64,000 bases of DNA from Eledone cirrhosa (lineage: Eukaryota), in the NCBI GenBank assembly GCA_964016885.1, contig OZ024743.1, positions 266,724,001-266,788,000 of the forward strand, in the 5' to 3' direction. Shown here one piece after another: positions 38,631-51,918 of the stretch. Numbering within the stretch: the first letter of the stretch is position 1; every line of letters begins with the position of its first letter. A model generated the notes under the pieces. It saw only the letters and a program-made list of their open reading frames with translations, had not been told where the DNA came from and searched no databases. Made by a program: the position numbers and the translations under genes.

Positions 38631-39410
38631 GCATGTATGTATGCATGTGCATATGTTTGCATTTGTAACTGATTTGATGAATCTGAATACGACTAAATGT
38701 GTGTGATATCTCCGGTAATATGCATATATACACACGTACGAGAATTCACAGACGCACATACATAGACAAACATATTAGTACACGGTTTCATCGGATTTAA
38801 GAATAGCATATACACACATGTGCACAGACAAACAGGAATATAAGAATGTTAGTGCAAACACACAACCCTATATGCACGCACTAAAAAACACATGCACACA
38901 ATCAAATACACGCACACAAACTTACACACCATACAAAAAATGCATGCGTACAGAGAGACAGGCAAATACACACACACACGCATGCAGTCAGAAAATGCAC
39001 TCCAGTATTTTGTGAGATACAAAAAAATATTAACATTAATATAAAATTCATGGAAAATGTACAATTCGCCAACGCAAAAATAACTGCAAAACCAAACTAG
39101 CAGCTCGTGGGCACATCTCCACTTCTATAGGTTATTTTATCCTGGTATTATAGGAAGCCTTTTTAGTCATAGATATTAATTCCACGCTGGATATAGTTGG
39201 AAAAATGTTATAACACTTCGGACGTTAGTCATTCATCAGAAGATAGAATGAAATATTAAAGAAGAAATAGAAAGAGAGTGAACAGAGAAAGAGGTGGAAA
39301 ACACATTTTCGAAACACCACGTGTTGTCAGTCAGTTAGTATATATATATATATATACTTCCTGAATGAAACAGTTCTAGTCCTGTAGAAGCTCTTCTATA
39401 TTAAAACTAA

Positions 39411-39477
<67 letters not shown>

Positions 39478-39815
39478 TATGTCATTGAAATGACTCGAGT
39501 TTTGATCTTTATATAGGCATTCCTCAGAATCGTTTATGCTACACGAAGGATAAGAAGCCATTATTTTTCTGTACTCATCACACATGACAGAACTAGAAAA
39601 CTGAACCTACTCGGATTACATGCATAAATATAAACAATTTGTGCATACATACACATCTCTCAAATATTCGTTTAAACATAACGTGCACTCTTTATACATT
39701 TATCAATTCATAATATAATTTTGCTGTATAGTGCGAAATTTAATATCTAATACACATACACGCACAAACGCAGAGCACATACGTAAACGCATACAGGATC
39801 TCTCCCTCTCTCTCA
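38400..39815. repeat. Diverged ~200 bp inverted repeat
   Basis: 38400-38594 matches the reverse complement of 39614-39815. Confidence 0.7.
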
Positions 39816-39842
39816 AACACACACACACACATACACACACAC

Positions 39843-39937
<95 letters not shown>

Positions 39938-39973
39938 TATATGTACATATACATATGTATATATATGTGTAAA

Positions 39974-40074
<101 letters not shown>

Positions 40075-40084
40075 GTGTGTGTGT

Positions 40085-40116
<32 letters not shown>

Positions 40117-40364
40117 TTGTGTGCGTATGGGTATATGAAGTTAAGGAGTGTATTCCGAAGGGGATCAGAAAAAAAACAAAACGTTATTCAATACGTTATT
40201 AGAGAGAAGGCATATTTATTTCATATAGAAATAACTTCTTGAGAAATAGAAGTGTTTTATTCGTTTTGTTTCTTTTAGATGTTATTGTGTCTTTTCTTGT
40301 CTTGTTTTTGTTCTTTCGAATAGCATTAAGGCTTGTAATCACTCCTGTAAATAATATCGATATG

Positions 40365-40392
<28 letters not shown>

Positions 40393-40395
<3 letters not shown>

Positions 40396-40754
40396 CAAAA
40401 TGAAAATCCGTAGGCAAGGTAAAATTTCCAATCATTTTAATCACGACAAGAGATAAATGGCTCGTGAAGCCCTGATCGATTATCACTGATCTCGTCAGGT
40501 GAAAATGAATTGTCTTCAAATTCTTGATATGAGGGAGAAAATTAGCAATGTTCACTCACAGAGTTAACTAACTCTGTGAGTGAACATTGCTAATTTTCTC
40601 ACTCATCTCAACAATTTGAAGACAATTCATTTTCACCTGACGAGATCATTGATAATCGATCATGGCTTCACGAGCCATCTATCTCTTATTGAAACATGTG
40701 TCGTGATTAAAATGATTCGAAATTTTACCTTGCCTTCGGATTTTCATTTTGATA
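40393..40754. repeat. Large palindrome (~175 bp arms) from a hammerhead-bearing element
   Basis: Centre GAGTTAACTAACTC (~40567); mirror ORFs 40199-40555(-) and 40580-40780(+) reflect the symmetry. Confidence 0.85.
40633..40706 (+). ncRNA. Type I hammerhead ribozyme, GUC site
   Basis: TCAC CTGACGA gat...[ATGGCT/AGCCAT]...att GAAAC ATGT GTC GTGA. Confidence 0.7.
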
Positions 40755-40934
40755 CTAATACTCTGTTTTACATCATCTAGCTGTTCCCTTGAATGGAATT
40801 GGAGATATACAAAAGCATGGAAAACCTAATATTGCTAACAAAATTTATTGGACCGTTTTACACAATCAATAATACACCTTACTATATATATATATACATG
40901 CTAGCGTGGAAGATGATGTTGATGATGATGATGA

Positions 40935-40984
<50 letters not shown>

Positions 40985-41625
40985 CTGTGACATTAGGAAC
41001 CCTTTCAGAACTTCTTACTTAAATATCTCTCTGCATATTATTTATACACTTCAATCTATATGTTTTTTTTACTCACCTCAAATCGGATTCTCACTTGAAC
41101 ATTTTTTAAATTTCTTATTGTTAATTTTTTAATTTTTCAATTTTTTAATTTTTTAATTTATAATTTCTGATATTTCATTTAGGTTTTAGATTTTAAATTT
41201 TAATTTTTACTTCCAACTGTCACTCGTAACTTCCAATGTAAAACCATGATGCCTTGAATTAAGTATATTTTCTCTTAGGGGTTAATGGTCAGTTGTACTG
41301 TCCATGCTTGGTGAGAGGTAGTATTATGACCTGTTAAAACTAACACTCTCCCATCTCCTCTGGCTTTCGGCTGACTGCCACAGACGGGATGGGTAGCAGT
41401 AAACTATGGTACAGGCCTGAATGGGTCATTGTTTGGCTGAGAGAGGGAACGGACTAAGCGAATTTCGTTGAAATCTGCGCTAGCTAATGGTCAAATTCCT
41501 TCGGATATGCGCCTGCGCAGACCGGTGGGGGCGAATTGGTACTCACAGGGGAACGGATGAAGAACCCAAAAGCACACACTTCGTCAGTTCCCATGTCGGG
41601 GAAACATAAGCTTATTATGTGACAA

Positions 41626-41699
41626 GCTGTCTGACGATGTCGCGACACTCGCACACAGAACAGTGTGGCCAGTGTCGTCATTGAAATATATATCACAGC
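41626..41699 (+). ncRNA. Type I hammerhead ribozyme
   Basis: GCTGT CTGACGA tgtcgCGACACTcgCACACagaacaGTGTGgccAGTGTCGtcatt GAAA TATATA TC ACAGC; perfect stem I. Confidence 0.75.
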
Positions 41700-41827
41700 A
41701 TGATTATTAAAAGACTTGAACATCTGAAACTACTTCGCTTTTCCTTATTCGATATTTACTCCGTCACTCCTATGTGGAAAAAGTACGTTGAGTGCTTGAA
41801 GTGAATTGCATCAATATTTACCCTAAG

Positions 41828-41923
<96 letters not shown>

Positions 41924-42270
41924 GATGATCCTCTATTTCGTTTTAACTATACTAATTACGATTCCAGTTCTAAGTAATTAAACATGTTTCTCATAAAGGA
42001 AAATATTTGTCAATATATTTATAGATGTCTCAGTGTATGCATATGTATATACATTTACATATACATACAATTACATGTGTTGTATACTACATGAAAGCCC
42101 TATGGTTTAAACGGATGAAAATTGTCAGTATGTTGTACACATATTGTAAAATACGTACACTGTAAAATATGTAATGTGTAGAGGAATAAGATAAAGAGTG
42201 ATCATATTGCATTTTACATAGTAACATCCTAATTGTTGAAATTCACTTACATGCAGGCAAACACACGCAC

Positions 42271-42344
<74 letters not shown>

Positions 42345-42728
42345 CCCTATCACACAGTCAATCTCTTTTAATAGCCGGTCTTCTACACACACGGTGCACA
42401 TTCAGAAAAGGGAGTGGGTTGTGGAGCTACACGGGCTTTCCAAAATAATTATAAAGATATGAACTTCAGATTGCACCGGGATTACACTGTATTTGATGAG
42501 AATGGTGTGGAATTATATTATCCATAGATTCAGCTAAGGAATTGCCCTGGAAAAATGGTTTTCTCTTTAGACATATTGTATATAAAAGTGTTGATGGTCA
42601 AAGAAGATTACGGTTGGAGGAAAGGGGATACTGAGATTAGTGTGTTACATCTAGTAGAATGGTATAGAATAATCTTAAACTGTGTGTTAATTCTTTGTTG
42701 TGAGGAATAATTTGTTCTAGAAATATAT

Positions 42729-42938
42729 AATTGTTTCTACTTTAGGCACAAGGCCAGCAATTACCAGTGCATTACTGGTACTTTATTTTATCGACCCCGT
42801 AAGGATTATTTTATCGACCCCGTAAGGATGAAAGGCAAAGTCAACCTCGGCGGGATTTGAACTCAGATGGTAAAGGGACGTAACTATGCTGGAAAGCATG
42901 GCGTCCGACCCTCTACCGATACTGCCAATCCACCGCCT
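42729..42938 (-). mobile_element. Octopod-type tRNA SINE (full length, small internal duplication)
   Basis: Reverse complement begins GGCGGTGGATTGGCAGTATCGGTAG (A box) with GTTCAAATCC (B box). Confidence 0.9.
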
Positions 42939-43486
42939 AGAAATATATAATATAATATAATAAGTAGAGGAATATAAATGAAACCAAATGGGAGTAAAAT
43001 TTAGATATAATATAGATAAAATATTATATAGGTAAGAAAATACTAAAGTTTGTGTAAGTAATGTATTGTGTTAGAGTGGTTAGAATGAAGTTTTCTCTGT
43101 AGGGAATTATATTTTCGAATACGAGTCTACATTAATAATCTTTTTTTTTTTCTAAAAAGGAGGTTTAAATGAATATCAGTTAAAAAGTGTGTTAGATTAT
43201 TGAAAATAATGTAATATATAGTGCTAAAATATAGTTAATTATATAAAACAGTTATAGGGATGAGATAGAGGATTTAATCCATGGTTTATTCTAATAGCAG
43301 AATATATATATATATATATATAGATAGATATACACACGCATATATATACACATATATATACATACACATACGTATATACACACACATACATACACATATA
43401 TATATATACATGCAAACATACATACACATACTAAATACACACACATAAATACATATACACACACATATGTATATAGGAATACACTT

Positions 43487-44895
43487 ATGAAATATAAGCA
43501 TATTAGGAAATTCCTCAAAAATTACTATAATCTTACAGTTACTTTTGAAAATAGCACTAAAATTGTCAATTTCCTCGACATCACATTGGACCTATCAACA
43601 TGCACTTACCAACCTTACCACAAACCAAACCAAAACCTCCAGTATATACACTCACTATCTAACTACCATAGTTCCATACTAAAAAATCTAGTGTACAATA
43701 TCTCACTCAGATTATCTAAATTATCATCTAATGAAGAAATATTCTATAAAAATGCCCTTATTATAATGAGGCTTTAACTAGAACTGGCTACAAAGATAAA
43801 TTATTTTACATACCTAACACCATGAATACACCTAACATACAGCCAAGCATTAGCAACAAAGACGTAGAAAACACCAAAAAGAAACCTTTTAGAAACCATA
43901 AAAGAAATGTAACATGGTATAACGCTCCATTCAACTTGCAACTATGGGCCAAATCCCTGAAAAAATGTTTACAATTCTCGATAAGCATTTCCCACCTAAC
44001 CACAAATACCATCAAATCTTAAACAGAAATACAGTAAAATTTTCTTACTCCACATCGAGCAATATACAACAAAAAATAAGTGCGTATAACATCTATAAAT
44101 GTAAAAAAACCTCCATCTATACCACACATAATAGCACACCACACACAATATAATTATGGTAATACTACAACGCGTAACCAGAATATTACAGCATAACCAC
44201 CTGCTACATCCGCTCACTCACCTTACCGGCACAATATAGCAGCCTACAACCAACTATCATCTTCCTCATCCTTAATAGGGACTAAGAATTACATACCCAA
44301 TCTAACCAATAGCTTCCAAATCAACCATGATTCTATAAACTCTATATCTAGTATAATTTCACCAACTAACAACAATTCGGGCCGCAACCACCCAACCGTA
44401 AACCCTTCTCTCCCAAATAAAAAGGTAAACACAAATACTAGCACTATTATTGAGAATACGGATAGCACATCTGAAACCCTATATGCAAACGATTGTAATT
44501 GTAGAATAAAAGATAATTGCCCCTTAAATGGAAATTGCTTAATTAATAATATAGTATATAAATGTATAACCACCACTAAGGACTCTCATCAATCCTATAT
44601 TGGATCCACTTCTAATCCGTTTAAATGGAGATTTTATGCACACACCCACAGTTTCCAAAATATAAAATTAGCTAATACCACTTCTTTAGGAGAAGCAGTT
44701 AATAATTGTAAAAAGAGGAATATTAAATATAACCTAACTTGGAAGATTCTTAAGAGAACTATTTCTTATCAGGGCAATAGAAGGGAGAGACGACTGTGTT
44801 CCCAAGAAATTTTTGAAATTATTAAATCGAAGGACACTCTATTAAATAAAAGACAAGAATTAATTATAGTATGTAACCATAAAATTAGAAGGACA
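43487..44895 (+). mobile_element. Penelope-like element, 5' truncated (RT thumb + GIY-YIG)
   Basis: IVNFLDITLDL, YQPYHKPN, RNVTWYNAPF, TVKFSYS, CNCRIKDNCPLNGNCLINNIVYKC, SYIGSTSNPFKWRFYAH. Confidence 0.9.
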
Positions 44896-45032
44896 TTCAA
44901 ATATTATAAATACAACTAAACAAATATGGAAAATGATATAGGGGAAAAAATGTGTGGGTATATGTGTGTGTGTAAATATGTATATGTGGGTGTGTATATG
45001 TATGTGTATGCATAAGTGTATGCCTATATACA

Positions 45033-45460
45033 TAGAATATTTCTTCATTAGATGATAATTTAGATAATCTGAGTGAGATATTGTACACTAGATTTTTTAG
45101 TATGGAACTATGGTGGTTAGATAGTGAGTGTATATAATGGAGGTTTTGGTTTGGTTTGTGGTAAGGTTGGTAAGTGCATGTTGATAGGTCCAATGTGATG
45201 TCGAGGAAATTGACAATTTTAGTGCTGTTTTCAAAAGTAACTGTAAGATTATAGTAATTTTTGAGGAATTTCCTAATATGCTTATATTTCATAAGTGTAT
45301 TCCTATATACATATGTGTGTGTATATGTATTTATGTGTGTGTATTTAGTATGTGTATGTATGTTTGCATGTATATATATATATGTGTATGTATGTGTGTG
45401 TATATACGTATGTGTATGTATATATATGTGTATATGTATGAGTGTGTAAATATCTATCTA

Positions 45461-45509
<49 letters not shown>

Positions 45510-45530
45510 TGCTATTAGAATTAATCCATG
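45033..45530 (-). repeat. Inverted duplicate of ~43270-43747 (Penelope RT piece plus flanking microsatellite)
   Basis: ORF 44897-45292(-) is nearly identical to 43487-43777(+). Confidence 0.9.
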
Positions 45531-45711
45531 AAAGTTATTTGATACCTCATCCCCTGACGGCTTATTTATTCATCTACTACTACCAACTTAAGGATCTATA
45601 CTGCCCCTTCCTTTTACTTAGTATTGGTCAACCTCAACCTGGTTATAAAACGTTACTCATTCATATGTATGTTTTTTTATGTATTCCTCAATAAACAAAA
45701 CTCATTATTTC

Positions 45712-45875
45712 TGACCAGTAATGCACTGGGATAATTGATGGCCTTGTGCCAAAAGTAGAAACAATTATTTCTGAAGACTTTGCCTTTCATCCTTACGGTG
45801 TCCATAAAATAAAGTACCAGTAATGCACTGGGTAATTGCTGGACTTGTGCCTAAAGTAGAAACAATTATTTCTGA
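45712..45875 (+). mobile_element. SINE 3' fragments (two in tandem)
   Basis: ACCAGTAATGCACTGGG...AAAGTAGAAACAATTATT present twice. Confidence 0.7.
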
Positions 45876-46028
45876 AGACGGCGGGTAGTGAAGACGTATG
45901 TATTTTTTCTTACTGTCATATTTTGTAATATACTTTACATAGATCAATAAGTGAATGGACATACGGGGAAACGATCGTAAAATAATGAGTTTTACTATGA
46001 ATTACCCGTTTTTTGTTTAATTTCATTG

Positions 46029-46078
<50 letters not shown>

Positions 46079-46446
46079 CAAGGTTTAGCAAATAAGAAAA
46101 AGTTTCAAAATAAATAAAAAAAAGTTCCCTGTACTCACTATGGTTACCTTTACCGAATCGGTTTCGAGTCTCCAAAATAAATGGACAGTCCTTGCGGCCT
46201 TCCATTGAAAAGATAAACTCTCGTCAGAAGGTTCTTTTCACTCGGAGAATATAAAATTCGCGAGTTCAAATTACGAACTGGCGCTATTCAAAATTGTTCC
46301 CGAGATGAGAATGAATGATGTGGAAGCAATTCTGTCCAGTGCCGTGTGTAAAGATAGAAGCAGAGGCAGGGAGGTCAGTCTACTACCACTATAACTAGCA
46401 GCAGTCAGAACGACCAAATGTGATCTCGATATATGTATATATATAT

Positions 46447-46516
<70 letters not shown>

Positions 46517-46569
46517 ATTTAAAACTGCACTATTCACAAGTGTTTTTTAACCTTCATATCATGTCTTCC

Positions 46570-46640
46570 TATTTTATCTGATGAAAACACAAATATTATT
46601 GCATGATGATATTTGTTTTTGAAATGCGCATAATAAAATA
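46570..46640 (+). ncRNA. Type I hammerhead ribozyme
   Basis: TATTTTAT CTGATGA aaacACAAATAT..ATATTTGTtttt GAAA TGCGCA TA ATAAAATA; 8-bp stem I, palindromic ATGCGCAT. Confidence 0.8.
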
Positions 46641-46670
46641 CATGGAACTCTTTTAACCATCTTTTGATCT

Positions 46671-46707
<37 letters not shown>

Positions 46708-46708
<1 letters not shown>

Positions 46709-47346
46709 GGTTGGAAAATCACTGACGAAGGACTATTTCTATCATATGTAACCCATGTGCAAACCACGCAGTATTCTTCTTTCTTCTCATGTTTTTTATA
46801 TATATTTACCTCGGCTGCGTTTGTCTGTTTATCTCTTACTGCTTCCCCACTCTCTCTGTTTCTCTCACCTTCTTTCGCCTCCCCTGTCATTTACACTTTC
46901 TCTCGACTGACCTCTTCCTCACACTTTCTCTCGACTGACCTCTTCCTCACACTTCCACTCACTCACTCTCTGTTTCTCCCCTTCTCACTTCCTCCCGTTT
47001 TGCTTGTGTGGATCTCTTCTTGCTCACATCTCACACACATCAACACGGTCTGTACCTCTCTCGCTCATGAAATCCACCCAGTTTATGCAGACCGGACAAC
47101 CATATTGCTTGTTTATTTTCCCATCTTCGGTTTGCTTTTATCCTGCTATGTTGTTTACTTGTGCCCCTCGCCTTACGCGAATTCTGGTCCCAATAACTTT
47201 TTTTAGTTATTGCTCGCACCAACCTGAGGTATCTGATTTTTAATGCGATGAAATACCAATGATGGTTGGAAAATCACTGACGAAGGACTATTTTTATCAT
47301 ATGTAACCCATGTGCAAACCACGCAGTATTCTTCTTTCTTCTCATG

Positions 47347-47352
<6 letters not shown>
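46708..47352 (+). mobile_element. Non-coding element with ~90 bp direct repeats (period 555 bp)
   Basis: 46708-46798 matches 47263-47352; between (TA)n tracts; degenerate hammerhead at 47219-47269. Confidence 0.65.
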
Positions 47353-47406
<54 letters not shown>

Positions 47407-47434
47407 ATCAAACGATGGTTAAAAGAGTTCCATG

Positions 47435-47505
47435 TATTTTATTATGCGCATTTCAAAAACAAATATCATCATGCAATAACATTTGTGTTTTCATCAGATA
47501 AAATA
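47435..47505 (-). ncRNA. Type I hammerhead ribozyme (same family as 46570-46640)
   Basis: Reverse-complement copy with intact core. Confidence 0.8.
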
Positions 47506-47616
47506 GGAAGACATGATATGAAGGTTAAAAACACTTGTGGATAGTGCAGTTTTAAATCAACATATGCACTATCTGCACTATCCACAAGTGTTTTTAACCT
47601 TCATATCATGTCTTCC

Positions 47617-47684
47617 TATTTTATCTGATGAAAACACAAATGTTATTGCATGATATTTGTTTTTGAAATGCGCATAATAAAATA
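47617..47684 (+). ncRNA. Type I hammerhead ribozyme (third copy)
   Basis: TATTTTAT CTGATGA...GAAA TGCGCA TA ATAAAATA; forms a palindrome with 47403-47560. Confidence 0.8.
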
Positions 47685-47833
47685 CATGGAACTCTTTTAA
47701 CCATCTTTTGATCTTATATATTATGTATACTCCAGTCCTACAAACTGTAGAGTGCTTCTTATCCGATATCTGCATTGCTTTATTGTACTACAATAAAACT
47801 GACCTCCTACATATATATATATATATATATACA

Positions 47834-47891
<58 letters not shown>

Positions 47892-47895
47892 CATG

Positions 47896-47977
<82 letters not shown>

Positions 47978-47997
47978 TATGTATATATATATATATG

Positions 47998-48064
<67 letters not shown>

Positions 48065-48128
48065 CAATGAAATTAAACAAAGAACGGGTAATTCATAGTA
48101 AAACTCATTATTATATATATTATATATA

Positions 48129-48320
48129 TGGTGGTGGATTGGCAGTATCGGTAGAGGGTCGGATGCCATGCTTTCCAGCATAGTTACGTCCCTTAACGAT
48201 CTGAGTTCAAATCCCGCTGAGGTTGACTTTGCCTTTCATCCTTACAGAGTCGATAAAATAAAGTACCAGTAATGCACTGGGTAATTGCTGGCCTTGTGCC
48301 AAAAAGTAGAAAGAATTATT
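48129..48320 (+). mobile_element. Octopod-type tRNA SINE
   Basis: Full body with A and B boxes and ATT tail. Confidence 0.9.
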
Positions 48321-48438
48321 ATATATATTATATATATTATATATATATATATATAAAATGCCTATAATTAAGCATACAGAGTATTGCAAAATACACTATA
48401 TATACATTCATTTGTATAGCGCTATTTTAGAGGACTAA

Positions 48439-48474
<36 letters not shown>

Positions 48475-48498
48475 TATTTATATATATATATATATATA

Positions 48499-48900
48499 CA
48501 GGTTGTCTGTTCAATAAAATCCTTGCCCGTTTCAGTGTAAACATGTCCAGTTGTGTCATAAGTTCCTATGTGTATATTTAGACCAGTGAAACTTCTAAAA
48601 TCCTATCCACATAAATTGCAGTTTTATCTGAACTTGAAGAACTTTGAAACGTCTCTTTAGACCTCCTTCAGATTTACGGATCTTGTGGCAAATTTGGATG
48701 AGTTAAGGGAGAACTAGTTTGTACTCTTAATATTTATTTGCATGAGCTTGTTTTCTTCAAAGGTTGTCAAACCAAAATTGTTGAATGGCCAGCAGAGCGA
48801 TGCACTGCGAGACTTTCCAGGTTTCTTGGGTAAATTCCTACATTGTCCAAATTTTTTAATAAATTTGATAGGTTTCGGCCAGTATTGGCTCATGCCTTAT
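48499..48900 (-). mobile_element. Possible Tc1/mariner remnant
   Basis: TA|CAGGTTGTC TIR-like end; minus-strand IKKFGQCRNLPKKPGKSR resembles a Tc1 HTH/linker. Weak. Confidence 0.3.
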
Positions 48901-48939
48901 CTAACTTAATAGCACCTACCTGGTTAATAGCAACAATTT

Positions 48940-49255
48940 GAAATTAGAAAGCCACGACAATGTAGATTGGGCAGATAAAGAATTAAGTCGTAAGAAACGA
49001 GGGTGTTTTTTTTTACCTGAATTAATTCTTATGTCGAGATTAATATCTCTTCTTCTGTGGAAAATAGCGGCTTGCTATACCATGCTGGCCTCGTCGTATA
49101 GCAAGCCGCATCGGACACTGGAATAGTTCCTTTACTTTCCTCATAAAAAGTGATATTAATCTCGACAGATCAGAATTAAGATTAAAAAACCCTACTCGTT
49201 TCTTAAGACTTGAATACTTATCCGTCTAATCCACATTGCCGTGGCTTTCAAACTT
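48940..49255. repeat. Diverged ~120 bp inverted repeat
   Basis: GAAAGCCACGACAATGT...GTCGAGATTAATATC versus GATATTAATCTCGAC...ACATTGCCGTGGCTTTC. Confidence 0.7.
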
Positions 49256-49458
49256 AGAGTTCTTTATAATATATACAATGCTTCAAGTAAACTACATGTA
49301 TATATATATATATATACATGTATATATCTATATACATATAAACAATATTTATTTCGAATATTTAGTAAATCATTTAAGGAAACTTTCGACCGAACGAAAT
49401 TCTTATTTCATTTTCATCAAAAAAGCAGAAACCAGTCCTTCAAACTTCACTATATTTA

Positions 49459-49588
<130 letters not shown>

Positions 49589-50002
49589 GATTTATTCCAC
49601 GATATCTTCGGGCTTGTCTCCTATCAAACGTGCACATCAAAGATATATCCGTGTCTTCAAGTCATCAATTATAGCTGTACTTTAGATTGACGATAAAAAA
49701 AAAATACCGATATTATTAGTAATAAATAGCGAAAAAAAAAACAAAAAAAAACAATATAAAATATATGCAGAAAAGAATCCACCCGTAGGGTAAAAATGAA
49801 ACACAAATACATATAAGTATTCATATATTAAGTATAACTATTTCAAGAATCTAAATATGTATTAGTACATGTGCCAGGATTCAAATGGGTTTTCATTCGT
49901 TTAATAATCATTTTTGACTCCAAATATTGTGAAGATAGAGACACCCAGCAAAAAGCACCAGATTAAACCCTCGTGTAAATATAGGAAATATGAATGTATT
50001 AA

Positions 50003-50440
50003 TAATTGTTTCTACTTTTGGCACAAGGCCAGCAATTACCCAGTACATTATTGGTACTTTATTTTATCGACCCCGAAAGGATGAAATGCAAAGCTAACCT
50101 CGGCGGGATTTGATCTCAGAACGTAAAGGCTGTAATTCTAAGCTTTGAAGCATGGTGTTCGACGCTCTATCGATACTGCCAATCGATATTCGTTTTGTTT
50201 CTTTTAGTATGAATGAATTAATAATGATTTCTGATTAAGGTACAAGGCCAGTGATTTTGGGGGGAGGGGAATGTCGATTAAATCAACACCAGTGCATTAC
50301 TAGTGTCTTAATTTATCGACCCCGTAAAGATGAAATGCAAAGCTAACCTCGGCGGGATTTGATCTCAGAACGTAAAGGGCCGTAACTCTAAGCTATGAAT
50401 CATGGTGTCCGACGCATAATCGATACTGCCAATCCACAGC
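50003..50440 (-). mobile_element. Two tandem octopod-type SINE copies
   Basis: 50003-50185 and 50225-50440 are both reverse complements of the SINE. Confidence 0.85.
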
Positions 50441-50458
50441 ACTCAAATTTATTAATAA

Positions 50459-51706
50459 CTATTAGGCCTGTCCGGCTGGCGCCTGGCTACAATTGGCGTG
50501 TTCTACGCCATCCAGATAAAGGTGACATACCTAGACGATAAGCCGTCTGTGTAGTATAGTATTACTGTTATAGTATAGTATAGTATTATTATATAGTTTA
50601 GTATAGTATTACTGTTGAAAATATATAGTATAGTATAGTATTACTGTCGAAAATATATAGTATAGTATTACTGTTGAAAATATATAGTATATTATTGCTG
50701 TTGAAAATATATAGTACAGTACAGTATTACTGTTGAAAATATATAGTATATTATATAATTACTGTTGAAAATATATAGTATAGTATAGCATTACTGTTGA
50801 AAATATATAGTACAGTATTACTGTTGAAAATATATAGTATAATATTACTGTTGAAAACATAGAGTGTAGTATTGTATTAATGTTGAAAATATATAGTTTA
50901 GTACAGTATCACTGTTGAAAATATATAGTATATATAGTATAGTATTACTGTTGAAAATATGTACACGAATATATAATTATATATATATATATAATTAATT
51001 AAAAGTTGGTTAGAAGCGAAGTCAATGCAGACAGGCAGAGATACAGACAGATATTATAAGCGCGCGACGTTATAGCTATGTATCTATCTAAAAAGAGAGA
51101 GAGTAATAAAGAGAGAATAATGTCGTATTATGTATATTATATATAATAAATACCAGTAATGTACTGGGATAATTGCTGGCCTTGTGCCAAATGTAGAAAC
51201 AATTATACGTCCTTTTTATACAACTGTAAATAACTTGTTTATGTACGTATACATACGTATATATACGTATAAAAAATGCTGTAATAAAATGTACAAATTA
51301 AACTGTCTCTTATTTATGATAATAACTCTCTCTCTCTCCGTCTCTCTCGCTCTCTCACACACACATAGATCGAAGTCAATGTACAGAATGGTTTTCATAA
51401 TGAAGACAGCCAGACATACAGAGACATATTATAAGGACGCGACGTTATAGTTATGCATCTATCTAAAAAGACAGACTAAGAAAGAGAGAGGAATGTCGTA
51501 TAACCGGAAGTCTTGACATTTGAAAATTTTAAAGAAGTAAATATTTAAATAATATCTTTAATCTTTTAACAAAATTTAGTAGACAAAAATACCCTCACTT
51601 TCTTTGAAAAAAGTTACATCTATGGTGCAAATTTGGTGCCGTTTGGTTCAGCCATTTGGCGAAAAGTTTCATACGTACATACGGCGGTCAGTTTTATTAC
51701 TATAGA
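50459..51706 (-). mobile_element. Probable non-autonomous Helitron containing a minisatellite
   Basis: Minus 5' end A|TCTATAGTAATAAAACTG; degenerate GC hairpin + ATAG|T 3' end near 50460-50490; shares a segment with the Helitron at 33740-34642. Confidence 0.55.
50551..50960. repeat. Minisatellite, ~13 units of (TAGTA)1-3 TTACTGTTGAAAATATA
   Basis: Visible tandem units of about 26-36 bp. Confidence 0.9.
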
Positions 51707-51707
51707 T

Positions 51708-51918
51708 TATTTCTGTAGAAGGCTCGTAATTTGAACGGAAGGGAAAAGTCGATTAAATCGACCCCAGTCCGTTACTGGTGCTTTATTTTACCGACCCGGT
51801 AAGGATAAAAGGCAAAGCTTACATCGGTGGGATTTGATCTCAGAACATAAAGCGCCCTAACTCTATGCTGTGAAGCATGGTGTCCGACGCTCTATCGATA
51901 CTGACAATCCACCGCCCT
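51708..51918 (-). mobile_element. Octopod-type tRNA SINE
   Basis: Reverse complement starts GGCGGTGGATTGTCAGTATCG. Confidence 0.85.

Noticed and set aside
39205-39245. Minus-strand CTGATGAATGACTAACGTCCGAAG
   Set aside because: GAAA is mutated and stem I is not recoverable; similar decayed candidates at ~30501, ~53148, ~54580 and ~58140 were also not counted.
42535-42610. Penelope GIY-YIG-like CP...IVYKS fragment
   Set aside because: Too short and frameshifted to support a call.
50551-50960. CRISPR-like regular repeats
   Set aside because: No unique spacers, eukaryotic context, no cas genes; it is a minisatellite.
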